Assembly: GCA_964399535.1 (NCBI GenBank)
Contig: CAYNRE010000005.1
Location: forward strand, 460,371-524,370
Source: an uncultured Pirellulales bacterium
Lineage (GTDB): Bacteria; Planctomycetota; Planctomycetia; Pirellulales; CAYNRE01
Length of the DNA stretch: 64,000 bases
Direction of reading: 5' to 3'
Below the pieces are notes generated by a model. It saw only the letters and a program-made list of their open reading frames with translations, had not been told where the DNA came from and searched no databases. The position numbers and the translations under genes were made by a program. The stretch's first letter is position 1. Each line of letters begins with the position of its first letter. Of the stretch, positions 25,941-35,115 are shown in pieces.

Positions 25941-26416
25941 ACCCGGGCTGCGACGAACGGAGCGGACCTGTAAGCCGGGTTCTGTGCCGCCGCTTACCAG
26001 AAGCGGCGGTAGCGACCATTCCTCTAGGATGCCGGTTGCCCGACACCTCCAGCAGCCGACCCGGAAGTCGAAGGTTCGAGCCGGACGGGCTCGAGCCCGG
26101 GGGCGCGCCAGGTCCGGTGGGACCCGCGTGCCCGCGGAACTGCTTCCTGTTTGGCCTTGCTCCCGCCGGGGTTTGCCTAGCCGAGCCGGTCACCCGGCCC
26201 GCTGGTGAGCTCTTACCTCACCGTTTCACCCTTACCGGCCCGGACCAGCCGAGCCGGCGGTTTACTTTCTGTTGCACTTTCCCTGACCTTGCGGTCGGTG
26301 GGCGTTACCCACCGGCGTGTCCTTTGGAGCCCGGACTTTCCTCTCGCGATGCCTGGCCTTGCGGACCCGGAATCGCCAGCGGTCGCCCAGTCCGCTCCGT
26401 TCGTCGCAGCCCGGGC
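25941..26416 (-). ncRNA. rnpB: RNase P RNA, bacterial type A
   Basis: The minus strand contains the universal GAGGAAAGUCCGGGCUCC (revcomp of 26323-26345) and ACAGAACCCGGCUUA (revcomp of ~25966-25985). The 5' end GCCCGGGCUGCGACGAACGGAGCGGAC pairs perfectly with the 3' end GUCCGCUCCGUUCGUCGCAGCCCGGG, forming the terminal P1/P2 stack. The ends are inferred from this helix. Confidence 0.9.
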
Positions 26417-26458
26417 TTTCGATTCCAGCATGGCCGGCCCAGGCGGCGGTGGCAATGA

Positions 26459-27544
26459 CTAAGACGAGCCGATTCGGCAGTTGGTTCGGCCGGCCAGGGG
26501 CTGGGGCCCACCGGGCCCCGAATCGTGGCAGCGGCCCTGCCAGGTATCGCGGCGCAGGAATTCAGCCTCGATCGCGCGGCGCAGGGCCGGTTTATCGAGT
26601 GCCCAACTCGGCGCCAAGAAATAGCCAGGGGGCGCCTCGCCGCTGACCCGCTCGACAACGCACTCCGCCGGGAGCAATTCCAGGAAGCGCACCAAAGTCG
26701 TCACGTAAGTCTCGCGGTCGACAAGTTCGACGCGCCCCGCCAGGTAATCTTCGGCCAGTGGCGTTTTCTTGACGACGTAGAGATTGTGGAGTTTCACCGC
26801 GTCGACTCGCAAACGCACCAACTCGCGGGCCGTGGCCAACATATCGTCGGGGGTTTCACCCGGCAGGCCCAGAATGACGTGGGCGCAGATTTCGAACCCT
26901 CGGCCACGGCACCGCGTGAGTGCATCGACCGTGGCCGCGTGGTCGTGGCCGCGATTCATCCAAATCAGCGAACGCTCGTGGATCGATTGAACCCCGAACT
27001 CGACCGAGAGGTAGGTCCGCCCGGCCAACTCGCTCAGCAGGTCGACCACGGCGGGCCCCACGCAGTCTTGCCGAGTGCCGATAGCCAGGCCGACCACTTG
27101 AGGATGCTCGAGCGCGGCGTGAAACAGCGGCCGCAACCGTTCGACCGGCGCATAGGTGTTCGTGGCCGGCTGGAAGTAGGCCAGGAACTGGTTGACCGAG
27201 TACCGTCGCCTCACGCGGCGGATGCCCTCTTCCAGCTGGCCCAGAATCGTATCGCGCGGCAGCCGGCGGCTGGGGCTGAAGCTGCGGTTGTCGCAAAACA
27301 CGCACCCCCCCGTGGCTACGGTTCCGTCCACGTTGGGGCAAGTTAGCCCGGCATCCAGGCTGATCTTGTGCACGCGCTGGCCAAACCGCCGGCGGAGGGC
27401 GAAGTTGTAGGTGTGCCAGCGCAGCCCGGCTTGGCGCCACTCGGGCAGCAGGTTCGCGGGGGCGGCGGTGGGGGGTACCGAATTCGTTGACGACAATGAT
27501 CTACCCAAATAGAATAGAATTCGCGCAAGCCCTGAATGCCGCAC
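26459..27544 (-). CDS. TIGR01212-type radical SAM protein (YhcC-like)
   Basis: Motifs: LDAGLTCPNVDGTVATGGCVFCDNRSF, then YFQPATNTY, and SVEFGVQS in the TIM-barrel core. It has a GTG start at 27544. Confidence 0.85.
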   Translation of the reverse strand: MRHSGLARILFYLGRSLSSTNSVPPTAAPANLLPEWRQAGLRWHTYNFALRRRFGQRVHKISLDAGLTCPNVDGTVATGGCVFCDNRSFSPSRRLPRDTILGQLEEGIRRVRRRYSVNQFLAYFQPATNTYAPVERLRPLFHAALEHPQVVGLAIGTRQDCVGPAVVDLLSELAGRTYLSVEFGVQSIHERSLIWMNRGHDHAATVDALTRCRGRGFEICAHVILGLPGETPDDMLATARELVRLRVDAVKLHNLYVVKKTPLAEDYLAGRVELVDRETYVTTLVRFLELLPAECVVERVSGEAPPGYFLAPSWALDKPALRRAIEAEFLRRDTWQGRCHDSGPGGPQPLAGRTNCRIGSS

Positions 27545-27701
27545 CGGTTAGCTAGATCTTACCAGCCGCGTGCGGGGTCCGACAGTCGCGCCCAAGGCTC
27601 GCGCACGCGGCGGTTCTGGGCCCCCAACAAGGCAAGCGAACCAAGCGCCCCGCCTGCGGCAGTGTGTGGCCCACTTCTGCGACACTCCGATCGAGAGCAC
27701 C

Positions 27702-28199
27702 ATGTTCGGCGAACTTATCCCAGTCGGCGGCGGTGACCCGATTCCCTTGCTTAAGCAAAGCCTGGTCATCGGTCGCCGGGAAAACTGCGATATCGTGCTC
27801 CGTTTTCCCAACGTCTCGGGCAATCACTGCGAGCTCTCGCTCAGCGGCGGCTATTGGTACATGAAAGACCTCAACTCGAGCAACGGTTGCAAGGTCAATG
27901 GCCAGCGGTTCAAGGAAAAGCGGCTCGATCCGGGGGACGAATTGGCCGTGGCCAAACACCGCTACACGATTCAGTATTCTCCCAGCGAGCAAGGCGCTTT
28001 GGGCCCACCGCCGCCGGAAGAGAGCGCTGCCCAGGCCGACGACATCTTCAGCCGTTCGCTGCTGGAGCGTGCCGGGCTGGCCAAGCGCGCCCCGGCCGCC
28101 GGCAAGGCGCCGCCCGCTCGCGATCCGCGCGCCGGGGGGCGATTCGATCTGAACAACAGCGACGCCGGCCAGATCAAGAACCCCAACCGCCCGGTGTAG
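27702..28199 (+). CDS. FHA-domain protein
   Basis: SLVIGRRENCDIVLRFPNVSGNHCELSLSGGYWYMKDLNSSNGCKVNGQR is a canonical FHA core (G-R...S..H...NG). The C-terminus is Ala/Pro-rich and looks disordered. Confidence 0.85.
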   Translation: MFGELIPVGGGDPIPLLKQSLVIGRRENCDIVLRFPNVSGNHCELSLSGGYWYMKDLNSSNGCKVNGQRFKEKRLDPGDELAVAKHRYTIQYSPSEQGALGPPPPEESAAQADDIFSRSLLERAGLAKRAPAAGKAPPARDPRAGGRFDLNNSDAGQIKNPNRPV

Positions 28200-28251
28200 C
28201 CCGCCGCGCTTGGCTTGGGCCGATCGAATCCGATTCGGCGCGAAACGCCCG

Positions 28252-30846
28252 TTAGCCCGGTTGGGTCGTGCGCTGCCGGGCAACTTCGGCCTGCCACTGG
28301 TGCAATAGCTGCAGGGCGGCCAGCGGGGTCAGGCTCGCCAGGTCGAGCTGGGCCAGTTGATCGATCAGCGGGTGCTCGGGCGGATCGAAAAGCGTGAGCT
28401 GCAGACGGCCCGCGCGGCGCTCGGGCGGGGCCAACCGCGGCCGTCCGCGGCCATCGACGTGCTGGGCCTCGAGCTGCCAGAGTATTTCCTTGGCCCGCTC
28501 GACAACCTCGCGCGGCACGCCGGCCAGCCGGGCCACGTGAATGCCGTAGCTTTTGTCGGCGGCGCCGGGCACGATCTTGTGCAGAAAAACCACCTCCTCC
28601 TGCCATTCGCGTACGGCCACGTTCAGGTTCTCGATGCCCGCCAGTGACTTGGCCAGCTCGGTCAGTTCGTGGTAGTGCGTAGCGAACAACGTGCGGCACC
28701 CGACCCGGTCGTGCAGGTGCTCGACCACGGCCCAGGCCAGTGAAACGCCGTCGTAGGTGCTGGTCCCTCGGCCGATTTCGTCCAAAATCACCAGGCTGCG
28801 GTTGCTAGCGGTGTGCAGAATGCGGGCCGTCTCGGTCATTTCGACCATGAAGGTGCTTTGCCCCCGCGATAGCTCGTCGCTGGCCCCCACCCGGGCAAAG
28901 ATCCGGTCGGCCAGGCCCACCGTGGCCTGGCGGGCCGGCAGGAAACTACCGATTTGGGCCAAGATGACCAACAGCGCCGTCTGACGAATGTAGGTGCTTT
29001 TGCCGGCCATGTTGGGCCCGGTAATCAGCAGCACCCGCTGCTGCTCCAACTCGCAACGCGTATCGTTGGGCACGAACTGCCCCGGCGGCTGGCAAATGTC
29101 GAGCACCGGGTGCCGGGCGTCGCACAGCTCGAGCGTGGGCTCGTCGACGATTTTCGGCCGGCAGTAGCCGCGATCGAGTGCCAGGTGGGCCAGGCCAGCC
29201 AACACGTCGAGCTGGGCTAGCACCCGGGCGGTGCGCTGCAGCGGGCGAAGCATCCCGGCGATCAGCTCTCGCAGCGCGACGAACAGCTCGTATTCCAGGT
29301 CGTTCGCCTTCTGGTCGGCGGTGAGCACCCGCTCTTCGTACTGCTTAAGTTCCGGCGTAACGTAGCGTTCGGCGTTCTTCACCGTTTGGCGGCGCTGGTA
29401 CTCGGGGGGCACCTTGGCCTGGTTGGCGTGCGTAATCTCGATGTAATAGCCGAAGACCTTGTTGAAGCCCACCTTGAGCGTGGCGATGCCGGTGCGCTGC
29501 TGCTCGGCCGCCTGGTACTGGGCGATCCACTGCTTGCCGCCGGTGGCCAGCTCGCGCAGCGCGTCGAGCTCGGCGTGGTAGCCCTCGCGAATGAACCCGC
29601 CCTCTTTGGCGCTCAGCGGACAGGTTTCGACCAGGGCGGCATCGAGCCGGGCCCGCAGGTCGGGGCACAGGTCGAGCGCCCCCTCCAACTCGCCAAGCAA
29701 GGCCGAGCGGCGAGCGGTGAGCCGGGCCTTGATCGCGGGCAGCCGCCCCAGGGTGCGTCCTAGGTGCCCCAGGTCGCGCGGGGTGGCCCTGCCGGTCGAA
29801 ACCCGGGCCAGCAGCCGCTCCACGTCGTGAATCTCGCGCAGCCGCTCGCGCAAGTCGTTCAACAACCCGCCGTCGCGGAGCAGTTCCTCGATCGCCTCTT
29901 GCCGAAACTCGATTCCGCTCCGGTCAGCGAGCGGGGCGGCCAGCCAATCGCCCAAGAGCCGGGAACCCATCGCCGTGACCGTGCGGTCGATGGCTCCCAG
30001 CAGCGATGCCTCGCGCCGCCCGTCGCGAAGCGTGCGGGTCAGTTCCAGGCTGCGCCGGGTGGCGGCGTCGATCTCCAGCACGCTGCCCGAGCGATAGGGA
30101 ATGAGCCGGTCGAGGTGGTCCAACCGGCAGCGCTGGGTTTCCCTTAGGTATTCGAGCACGCCCCCGGCCGCGCGGATGGCCGCCTGATCGGCGTCGTCGA
30201 AGCCGAAACCCTCGAGCGACGCCGTGCCGAAGTGCTCCGTGCAAACCTTGTGGGCCGCCGCCGTGGAAAAGGTCCAGGCGGCCCGGGCGGTGAGGCAGCT
30301 TGGGGCCGCCGCCAACTCGGCCGGCCAGGAGGCCTCGTCGCTCACCAGGCACTCGGCCGGCTGCAGCCGGGCCAGTTCGTCGGCCAGTTGCCGGGGAGCC
30401 AGGCTCGCGGCGCGGAATTCACCGGTGGAAAGCTCGACCCAGGCCAACCCTACCGGGTCGCCGGGTACCACGGCGGCCAGGTAGTTGTGTTCGCCAGGCT
30501 CGAGCAAGGTGTCGTCGGTCAGCGTGCCGGGGCTGACCACCCGGGTCACCTCGCGCCGCACAATGCCCTTGGCCTGCTTGGGGTCTTCCACCTGCTCGCA
30601 AACGGCGGCTCGTTGGCCGGCGGTGAGCAGCCTGGCCAGGTAGCTTTCCAACTGGTGGTGGGGAAAGCCGGCCATGGGGACGGCGTTTTCCCCCTTGTCG
30701 CGACTGGTCAGCGCCAGGCCCAAGAGCTCGGCGGCGCGGACGGCGTCTTCGTAAAACAATTCGTAGAAATCGCCCATGCGAAAAAGCAAGAGCGCCCCCG
30801 GACAGGCCGCCTTGGCCTGGTGGTACTGCTGCATCATGGGGGTCAT
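28252..30846 (-). CDS. mutS: DNA mismatch repair protein MutS
   Basis: The N-terminus is TPMMQQYHQAKAACPGALLLFRMGDFYELFYEDA. Walker A is ITGPNMAGKSTYIRQ, and STFMVEMTETA and DEIGRGTSTYDG are present. The start was taken at ATG 30846. Confidence 0.95.
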   Translation of the reverse strand: MTPMMQQYHQAKAACPGALLLFRMGDFYELFYEDAVRAAELLGLALTSRDKGENAVPMAGFPHHQLESYLARLLTAGQRAAVCEQVEDPKQAKGIVRREVTRVVSPGTLTDDTLLEPGEHNYLAAVVPGDPVGLAWVELSTGEFRAASLAPRQLADELARLQPAECLVSDEASWPAELAAAPSCLTARAAWTFSTAAAHKVCTEHFGTASLEGFGFDDADQAAIRAAGGVLEYLRETQRCRLDHLDRLIPYRSGSVLEIDAATRRSLELTRTLRDGRREASLLGAIDRTVTAMGSRLLGDWLAAPLADRSGIEFRQEAIEELLRDGGLLNDLRERLREIHDVERLLARVSTGRATPRDLGHLGRTLGRLPAIKARLTARRSALLGELEGALDLCPDLRARLDAALVETCPLSAKEGGFIREGYHAELDALRELATGGKQWIAQYQAAEQQRTGIATLKVGFNKVFGYYIEITHANQAKVPPEYQRRQTVKNAERYVTPELKQYEERVLTADQKANDLEYELFVALRELIAGMLRPLQRTARVLAQLDVLAGLAHLALDRGYCRPKIVDEPTLELCDARHPVLDICQPPGQFVPNDTRCELEQQRVLLITGPNMAGKSTYIRQTALLVILAQIGSFLPARQATVGLADRIFARVGASDELSRGQSTFMVEMTETARILHTASNRSLVILDEIGRGTSTYDGVSLAWAVVEHLHDRVGCRTLFATHYHELTELAKSLAGIENLNVAVREWQEEVVFLHKIVPGAADKSYGIHVARLAGVPREVVERAKEILWQLEAQHVDGRGRPRLAPPERRAGRLQLTLFDPPEHPLIDQLAQLDLASLTPLAALQLLHQWQAEVARQRTTQPG

Positions 30847-31161
30847 GGGGGGCGACGACACGGGCGACGTAACCCTGGTTTCAAGCGGCGCGTAAAGCCG
30901 CTCGGCGGGATGGTGCACTGCACGGGCCGCGCTCAAGCGCAGCACGGAGCCGGGCAAGACTCAGCAGAATACCGGCGCCGGAGCGATCGGCAAATGGGCG
31001 AGGGAGCCAACCCTAGGCCGATGCGGGGCAAGTGCAAAGCACCTCGGCCGAAAGGCTCGGGCCGTGCGCTGATTCCAGCAGTCCAACGATCCGCCCCAAC
31101 GCGGAGAAATCGCGATTCGGCTTGGCCAAGTCTGCTCGAAACGAGATCGCTGCCGGTCCCC

Positions 31162-31183
31162 GGGGCCGGGGAGAACCGGCCCC
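31162..31183 (-). terminator. GC hairpin just past the repeat-protein stop
   Basis: GGGGCCGG-ggagaa-CCGGCCCC lies 4 nt beyond the stop at 31187. No clear U-tract follows, so this is weak. Confidence 0.3.
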
Positions 31184-31186
31184 CCG

Positions 31187-31888
31187 TTACGGCAGAATCG
31201 CTCGCACGACGTTGCGCAGCGGCTGACCGGGAATATACACTCGTTGGCTCACCACCACGGGCCGGCCAGTCACCACCGGCACCACGGGCGAATAGCTGAC
31301 CACGGGTGAATAGCTGACCACGGGTGAGTAGGCGACCACCGGCGAATAGCTCACCACCGGCGAATACGTGGTAACCGTCGCCGCCGGGGCGTAGTACGTC
31401 GTCACCGGGGCGACCGTGGTTACCGGAGACACCACGACGGGCGAAAAGCTGGTCACCGGCGAGTAGGCCACGACCGGAGCAGCCACAACCGGAGCCCGAT
31501 AGCTCACCACCGGGGTCCGCAGCACTTGGGTGTAGGCGGTACCCGGCGCGCGATACACCAAAGTTGGTGCCGGGCGGTAAGTGACCACCGGAGCGCTCTC
31601 GACGACCACGGGGGGCGCCGCCTCGACGACGGGAGCCGGAGCGGCGGTTTCAATCGGAAGCGCGGGAGCCGGCTCGGTCACCAACGCCGGGGCGGCCTCC
31701 GCGACTACGGTCGCGGGCCGCCAAGTCACCACGGGCGTTTCCGCAACCACCACCGGGCGCAAGGTCTCTAGCGGCGCCGGCACCTGGTATATGACTCCGG
31801 GAGCAACCACCTGGGCCCCGGCCGACGAAACCGCTGCCAGGCAAGCCGACCATGCCAACAACACGCCACACGCACGAGGGCCGCTCAT
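31187..31888 (-). CDS. Secreted Pro/Val/Tyr/Ser-rich repeat protein (YSPVVS hexapeptide array)
   Basis: ATG 31888 gives the signal peptide MSGPRACGVLLAWSACLAAVSSAGAQ. The body is V/P/A/T-rich and ends in YSPVVSYSPVVAYSPVVSYSPVVSYSPVV. No family was recognised. Confidence 0.65.
   Translation of the reverse strand: MSGPRACGVLLAWSACLAAVSSAGAQVVAPGVIYQVPAPLETLRPVVVAETPVVTWRPATVVAEAAPALVTEPAPALPIETAAPAPVVEAAPPVVVESAPVVTYRPAPTLVYRAPGTAYTQVLRTPVVSYRAPVVAAPVVAYSPVTSFSPVVVSPVTTVAPVTTYYAPAATVTTYSPVVSYSPVVAYSPVVSYSPVVSYSPVVPVVTGRPVVVSQRVYIPGQPLRNVVRAILP
31281..31370 (-). repeat. Five tandem 18-bp units inside the repeat-protein gene
   Basis: The units are accacgggcgaatagctg / accacgggtgaatagctg / accacgggtgagtaggcg / accaccggcgaatagctc / accaccggcgaatacgtg. 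They are in-frame and each encodes a YSPVV(S/A)-type hexapeptide. Confidence 0.9.
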
Positions 31889-32460
31889 CGGCTGCCGATC
31901 CTTTCCCACGGGTAAACTTCGCATCGCCAACTCGGACGACTTCCGCAACGCCTCGGCCCCCGCGCGGGGCAACTTAGGCGGCCCGGCGGACCCTCGCGAC
32001 CCAACGCTCCGCGAACTTGAGCAAACCTTCGCGGCCCGTCAGATTCGCTGCGCCACTCAGCGCTTCCGTAATTCCAATATATGGCGCACTCGTCGCTTGA
32101 GAAAGGATGCGCGCGCACCGGAATTTCGGAATCGTTCGATCTTTCGGCGCAGGCACGCGAGCCGAGGGGCCCCGGGGGCAGCGCGTCTGGTCTGGGCCGG
32201 CTCGAACGTCGCCGCCGGCAAAACCTGCCCAGTTTGACTATCTGCTGCAACGGGTCCCTCAGGCAGGGAAATCTCGCGAACCTCGGCCAGATCTCTTCCC
32301 CCCGGCGCAGGCAACTCGCCACTTCACCGGGCAGACCCCCCGCCGACCGAGGCGCCTGGGCCACCCCTTCGAGGCGCGATTCAAGGCACCGACAAGGTAG
32401 AATCGAGAACCTTCGTCCGGGCCCCATGGGGCATGGGCCCGAGAGCTGCGGCGCCGCCGT

Positions 32461-35112
32461 TTGGTAGCGAAAGCGAGACTTGTGACTTCAGCACCCCGAG
32501 AGCGATTACGCCGCGCATTGGAACGGGCCGCGCTGGCGCTCTTGGCCGCGGTAATGATCTGGGGGGTGTGGCAATCCACGCGGCCGGCACCCGCTCCGCT
32601 GATAAGTGTCGCGCGCCGGCCGACCGTTTCCACGGGCCCCACCGACGCCAGCGGCGAACCGCTTCCCCCGGGGGCCCGGCAGCGCTGGGGCGATCGCCGC
32701 TGGTTTCATGGATCGATCATCGCGAAAATCCTTTATAGCCCGGAGGGGGACCGGCTCCTGACGATAGGCTCGGACGACGCCGCGCGGCTCTGGGATGCCG
32801 GCCAAGGCAACCTGCTGGCCACCTGGCGCGCGACCGGGCTGCTGCCCGAGTCGGCCGCCGTGGCGCGCGGCGCCGAACATGTGGCGGTGGCCCTGCGCGA
32901 CGGAGAGATTCTGATCGGCCGGCGCGACGGAGCCTTTTGGCGGTTGCCCGGCCATCGCGAACCCGACTGGATGCGCTGGGCCCGCGAGGCTCGGCAGCAT
33001 TTGGGCCTGTCGGGCCCCCAGCGGCGCGACTGGGCCACGCGGCTGGCCTTCTCGCCCGATGGTCAAACGCTGGCTTCGGGCGGAGCCGATGGCCACCTGC
33101 GGCTCTGGAGTGTTGCCCGCGGCCATTTGCTCTGCGATTCGCCCGCCCATGCCGGCGAGGTACGAGCCCTGGCCTGGTCACCTCAGGGCGACCGCCTGGC
33201 CAGCGGGGGCGTCGACGGGCGGCTCCGGCTCTGGACCTCGGCCGGAGTGCGCGGGGGGCCAACGTTTCGACAGCCCGGCAGCGTTAGCCAGATTCAGTTC
33301 GCCGCCGATGGAAAGACGCTCCGCGCCGGACCCTGGGATGCGCTCGAAGTGGTGACGGTGAGCGTGCCCGAGATGGAACCGGTCGAGCGGCTGGAAATGC
33401 CGCCGCTCGTGCGGCCAGCCGATTTTGTCTTGCATCCGCGAAAGGACCGGTCGGTCTGGGTCACTCCCATGCGCCAAGTTCACGTGGGGTCGCTTGACAA
33501 CCCGCAGCAAGCCCGCGAAGTGACTCGTTACCATATCAATTACTTCGAACCACTTCCGCTGGCTCTCTCGCCCGACGGCGAACAACTGGCACTGTACGTT
33601 CCGGAAGCGCCTGGGCAAGTGTCGCTCTATGATCTAGTGGCGCCGACTGCCGAGCGCATCCACGACGTCGATCCCATCAAGGACTTCGCGTACCGAAGCG
33701 ATCAACATCCGCGAGTGGCTTTTCGTACCCATCAAGGATGGGTAACGCTGGCCGAACTGACCACCGGCGAACCGCGAAGCCAATTGCGGGCTGCCGGGCC
33801 GCTGTGGGGCCTGACGCTGCTGGCCGACGAGCGGTCGCTGGCCGCCAACAGCGTACGCGGGCCGGGCGATCCGCCCTGCGACGGGGACCTGGGCGGGCCC
33901 ATCTTACGCGTATTCGATCTCGAATCGGGCGAGTCCGGCGGCAGCTTGGCCACCAAGGCCGCTGCTGCCCAGGCCTGGGCTGTTCCCTGGGGGGGCGACC
34001 TGGTGGTGCTGGCCACCCGCCGCGCGGTCGGCCCGCCGCACCCGGACGAATCATCGGCGGCTGATCCAAGCGCCGGTCTCGACGTGAAACCTTCCGGTTT
34101 CGACGTGGAAGTTTATCATCCCGCGACCGGCCAGTGGCAGCCCTCGTGGACGCTTCCTTGGGCGCGGGTCGAAAAACTGGAGGTAACGTTCGATCAACAG
34201 CATCTGCTGTCGATCGGACTACCGACCGCGGCGGAGACACGCAACGATGACCGCGAACACGCCCCGGGGGCGCTGACCGACTCGTGGGCGCTGGCGATGT
34301 GGCGGCTGGATGGCGGCGAGGCCATCTGGCAACTCAAGCTTCCGCCAGGCCGTGTCCTGGAGACTTCGCTCTCGGGCGACAACCGCTGGTGCCTGGTGCT
34401 TCTGGAACAGGCGATCGACAGCCAGCTGAAGCCCGCGCTAATGCCCTCCGTGGACGCCGAGGCGATCCCTTCAGAAACTTCGACCCACAACGCTGCCGAA
34501 CCCACTTTGCAGCGGGTCGTGCTGGTCGACCTGACAACCGGCCAGATCCAGGGCCAGCGCGCCAGCGAACCGGGTCACAGCTTGTCGCCGATCGTGCTCA
34601 AAGGGCAACCACTGGCGGCCTGGATCTTGTCTGGACCGAAGACCGAGCCTAGGAGTCCGGCAGTCGAAGTGCTGGCCCTACCCGGGCTGGAGCCGAAGTT
34701 CGCTTGCCAACCTCCCGACCAAGATAGCACCGCCCTGGGACAGCCGCTTTCGCCCGACCAGTCGCGGCTGCTGATCGGTGGCGCTGGCGACACGATGCAA
34801 TTGCGCTCGAGTGACGACGGCCGGCTGCTGAGCGAAACCAAGGCCGATCGACCGCTGCGCGGACCCGCCGCGTTCACCGCCGATGGTCGCCAGGTACTGC
34901 TCGGCGAGAACTCGGGCGACATTTCCTGCTGGGACCCGGAGACTGGACGAGAGCTTTGGCGGCGCGAGGCTCACCGCGGGGCGGTGGAGCGTATCCAAAT
35001 CTTGCCAGGAGATTTGGGCTGGCTCAGCCTGGGGGTCGACGGCACGCTCGTTTGGTGGAGCGGCGATCGGCCCCAGGTTCCGCAGGTCGAACGGCCAAGC
35101 GGCCAGGATTGA
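32461..35112 (+). CDS. Membrane-anchored WD40 (beta-propeller) repeat protein
   Basis: An N-terminal helix (ALALLAAVMIWGVW) is followed by WD repeats such as LAFSPDGQTLASGGADGHLRLWSV, LAWSPQGDRLASGGVDGRLRLWT and a C-terminal FTADGRQVLLGENSGDISCWD. The start is TTG 32461 or GTG 32479. Confidence 0.85.
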   Translation: MVAKARLVTSAPRERLRRALERAALALLAAVMIWGVWQSTRPAPAPLISVARRPTVSTGPTDASGEPLPPGARQRWGDRRWFHGSIIAKILYSPEGDRLLTIGSDDAARLWDAGQGNLLATWRATGLLPESAAVARGAEHVAVALRDGEILIGRRDGAFWRLPGHREPDWMRWAREARQHLGLSGPQRRDWATRLAFSPDGQTLASGGADGHLRLWSVARGHLLCDSPAHAGEVRALAWSPQGDRLASGGVDGRLRLWTSAGVRGGPTFRQPGSVSQIQFAADGKTLRAGPWDALEVVTVSVPEMEPVERLEMPPLVRPADFVLHPRKDRSVWVTPMRQVHVGSLDNPQQAREVTRYHINYFEPLPLALSPDGEQLALYVPEAPGQVSLYDLVAPTAERIHDVDPIKDFAYRSDQHPRVAFRTHQGWVTLAELTTGEPRSQLRAAGPLWGLTLLADERSLAANSVRGPGDPPCDGDLGGPILRVFDLESGESGGSLATKAAAAQAWAVPWGGDLVVLATRRAVGPPHPDESSAADPSAGLDVKPSGFDVEVYHPATGQWQPSWTLPWARVEKLEVTFDQQHLLSIGLPTAAETRNDDREHAPGALTDSWALAMWRLDGGEAIWQLKLPPGRVLETSLSGDNRWCLVLLEQAIDSQLKPALMPSVDAEAIPSETSTHNAAEPTLQRVVLVDLTTGQIQGQRASEPGHSLSPIVLKGQPLAAWILSGPKTEPRSPAVEVLALPGLEPKFACQPPDQDSTALGQPLSPDQSRLLIGGAGDTMQLRSSDDGRLLSETKADRPLRGPAAFTADGRQVLLGENSGDISCWDPETGRELWRREAHRGAVERIQILPGDLGWLSLGVDGTLVWWSGDRPQVPQVERPSGQD

Positions 35113-35115
35113 TTC

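Noticed and set aside
26072-26081. A tRNA T-arm-like GGTTCGAGCC, and a general scan for tRNA/rRNA genes.
   Set aside because: The match lies inside the RNase P RNA. No intergenic region shows a cloverleaf-compatible acceptor/T-arm combination. No tRNA or rRNA is called.
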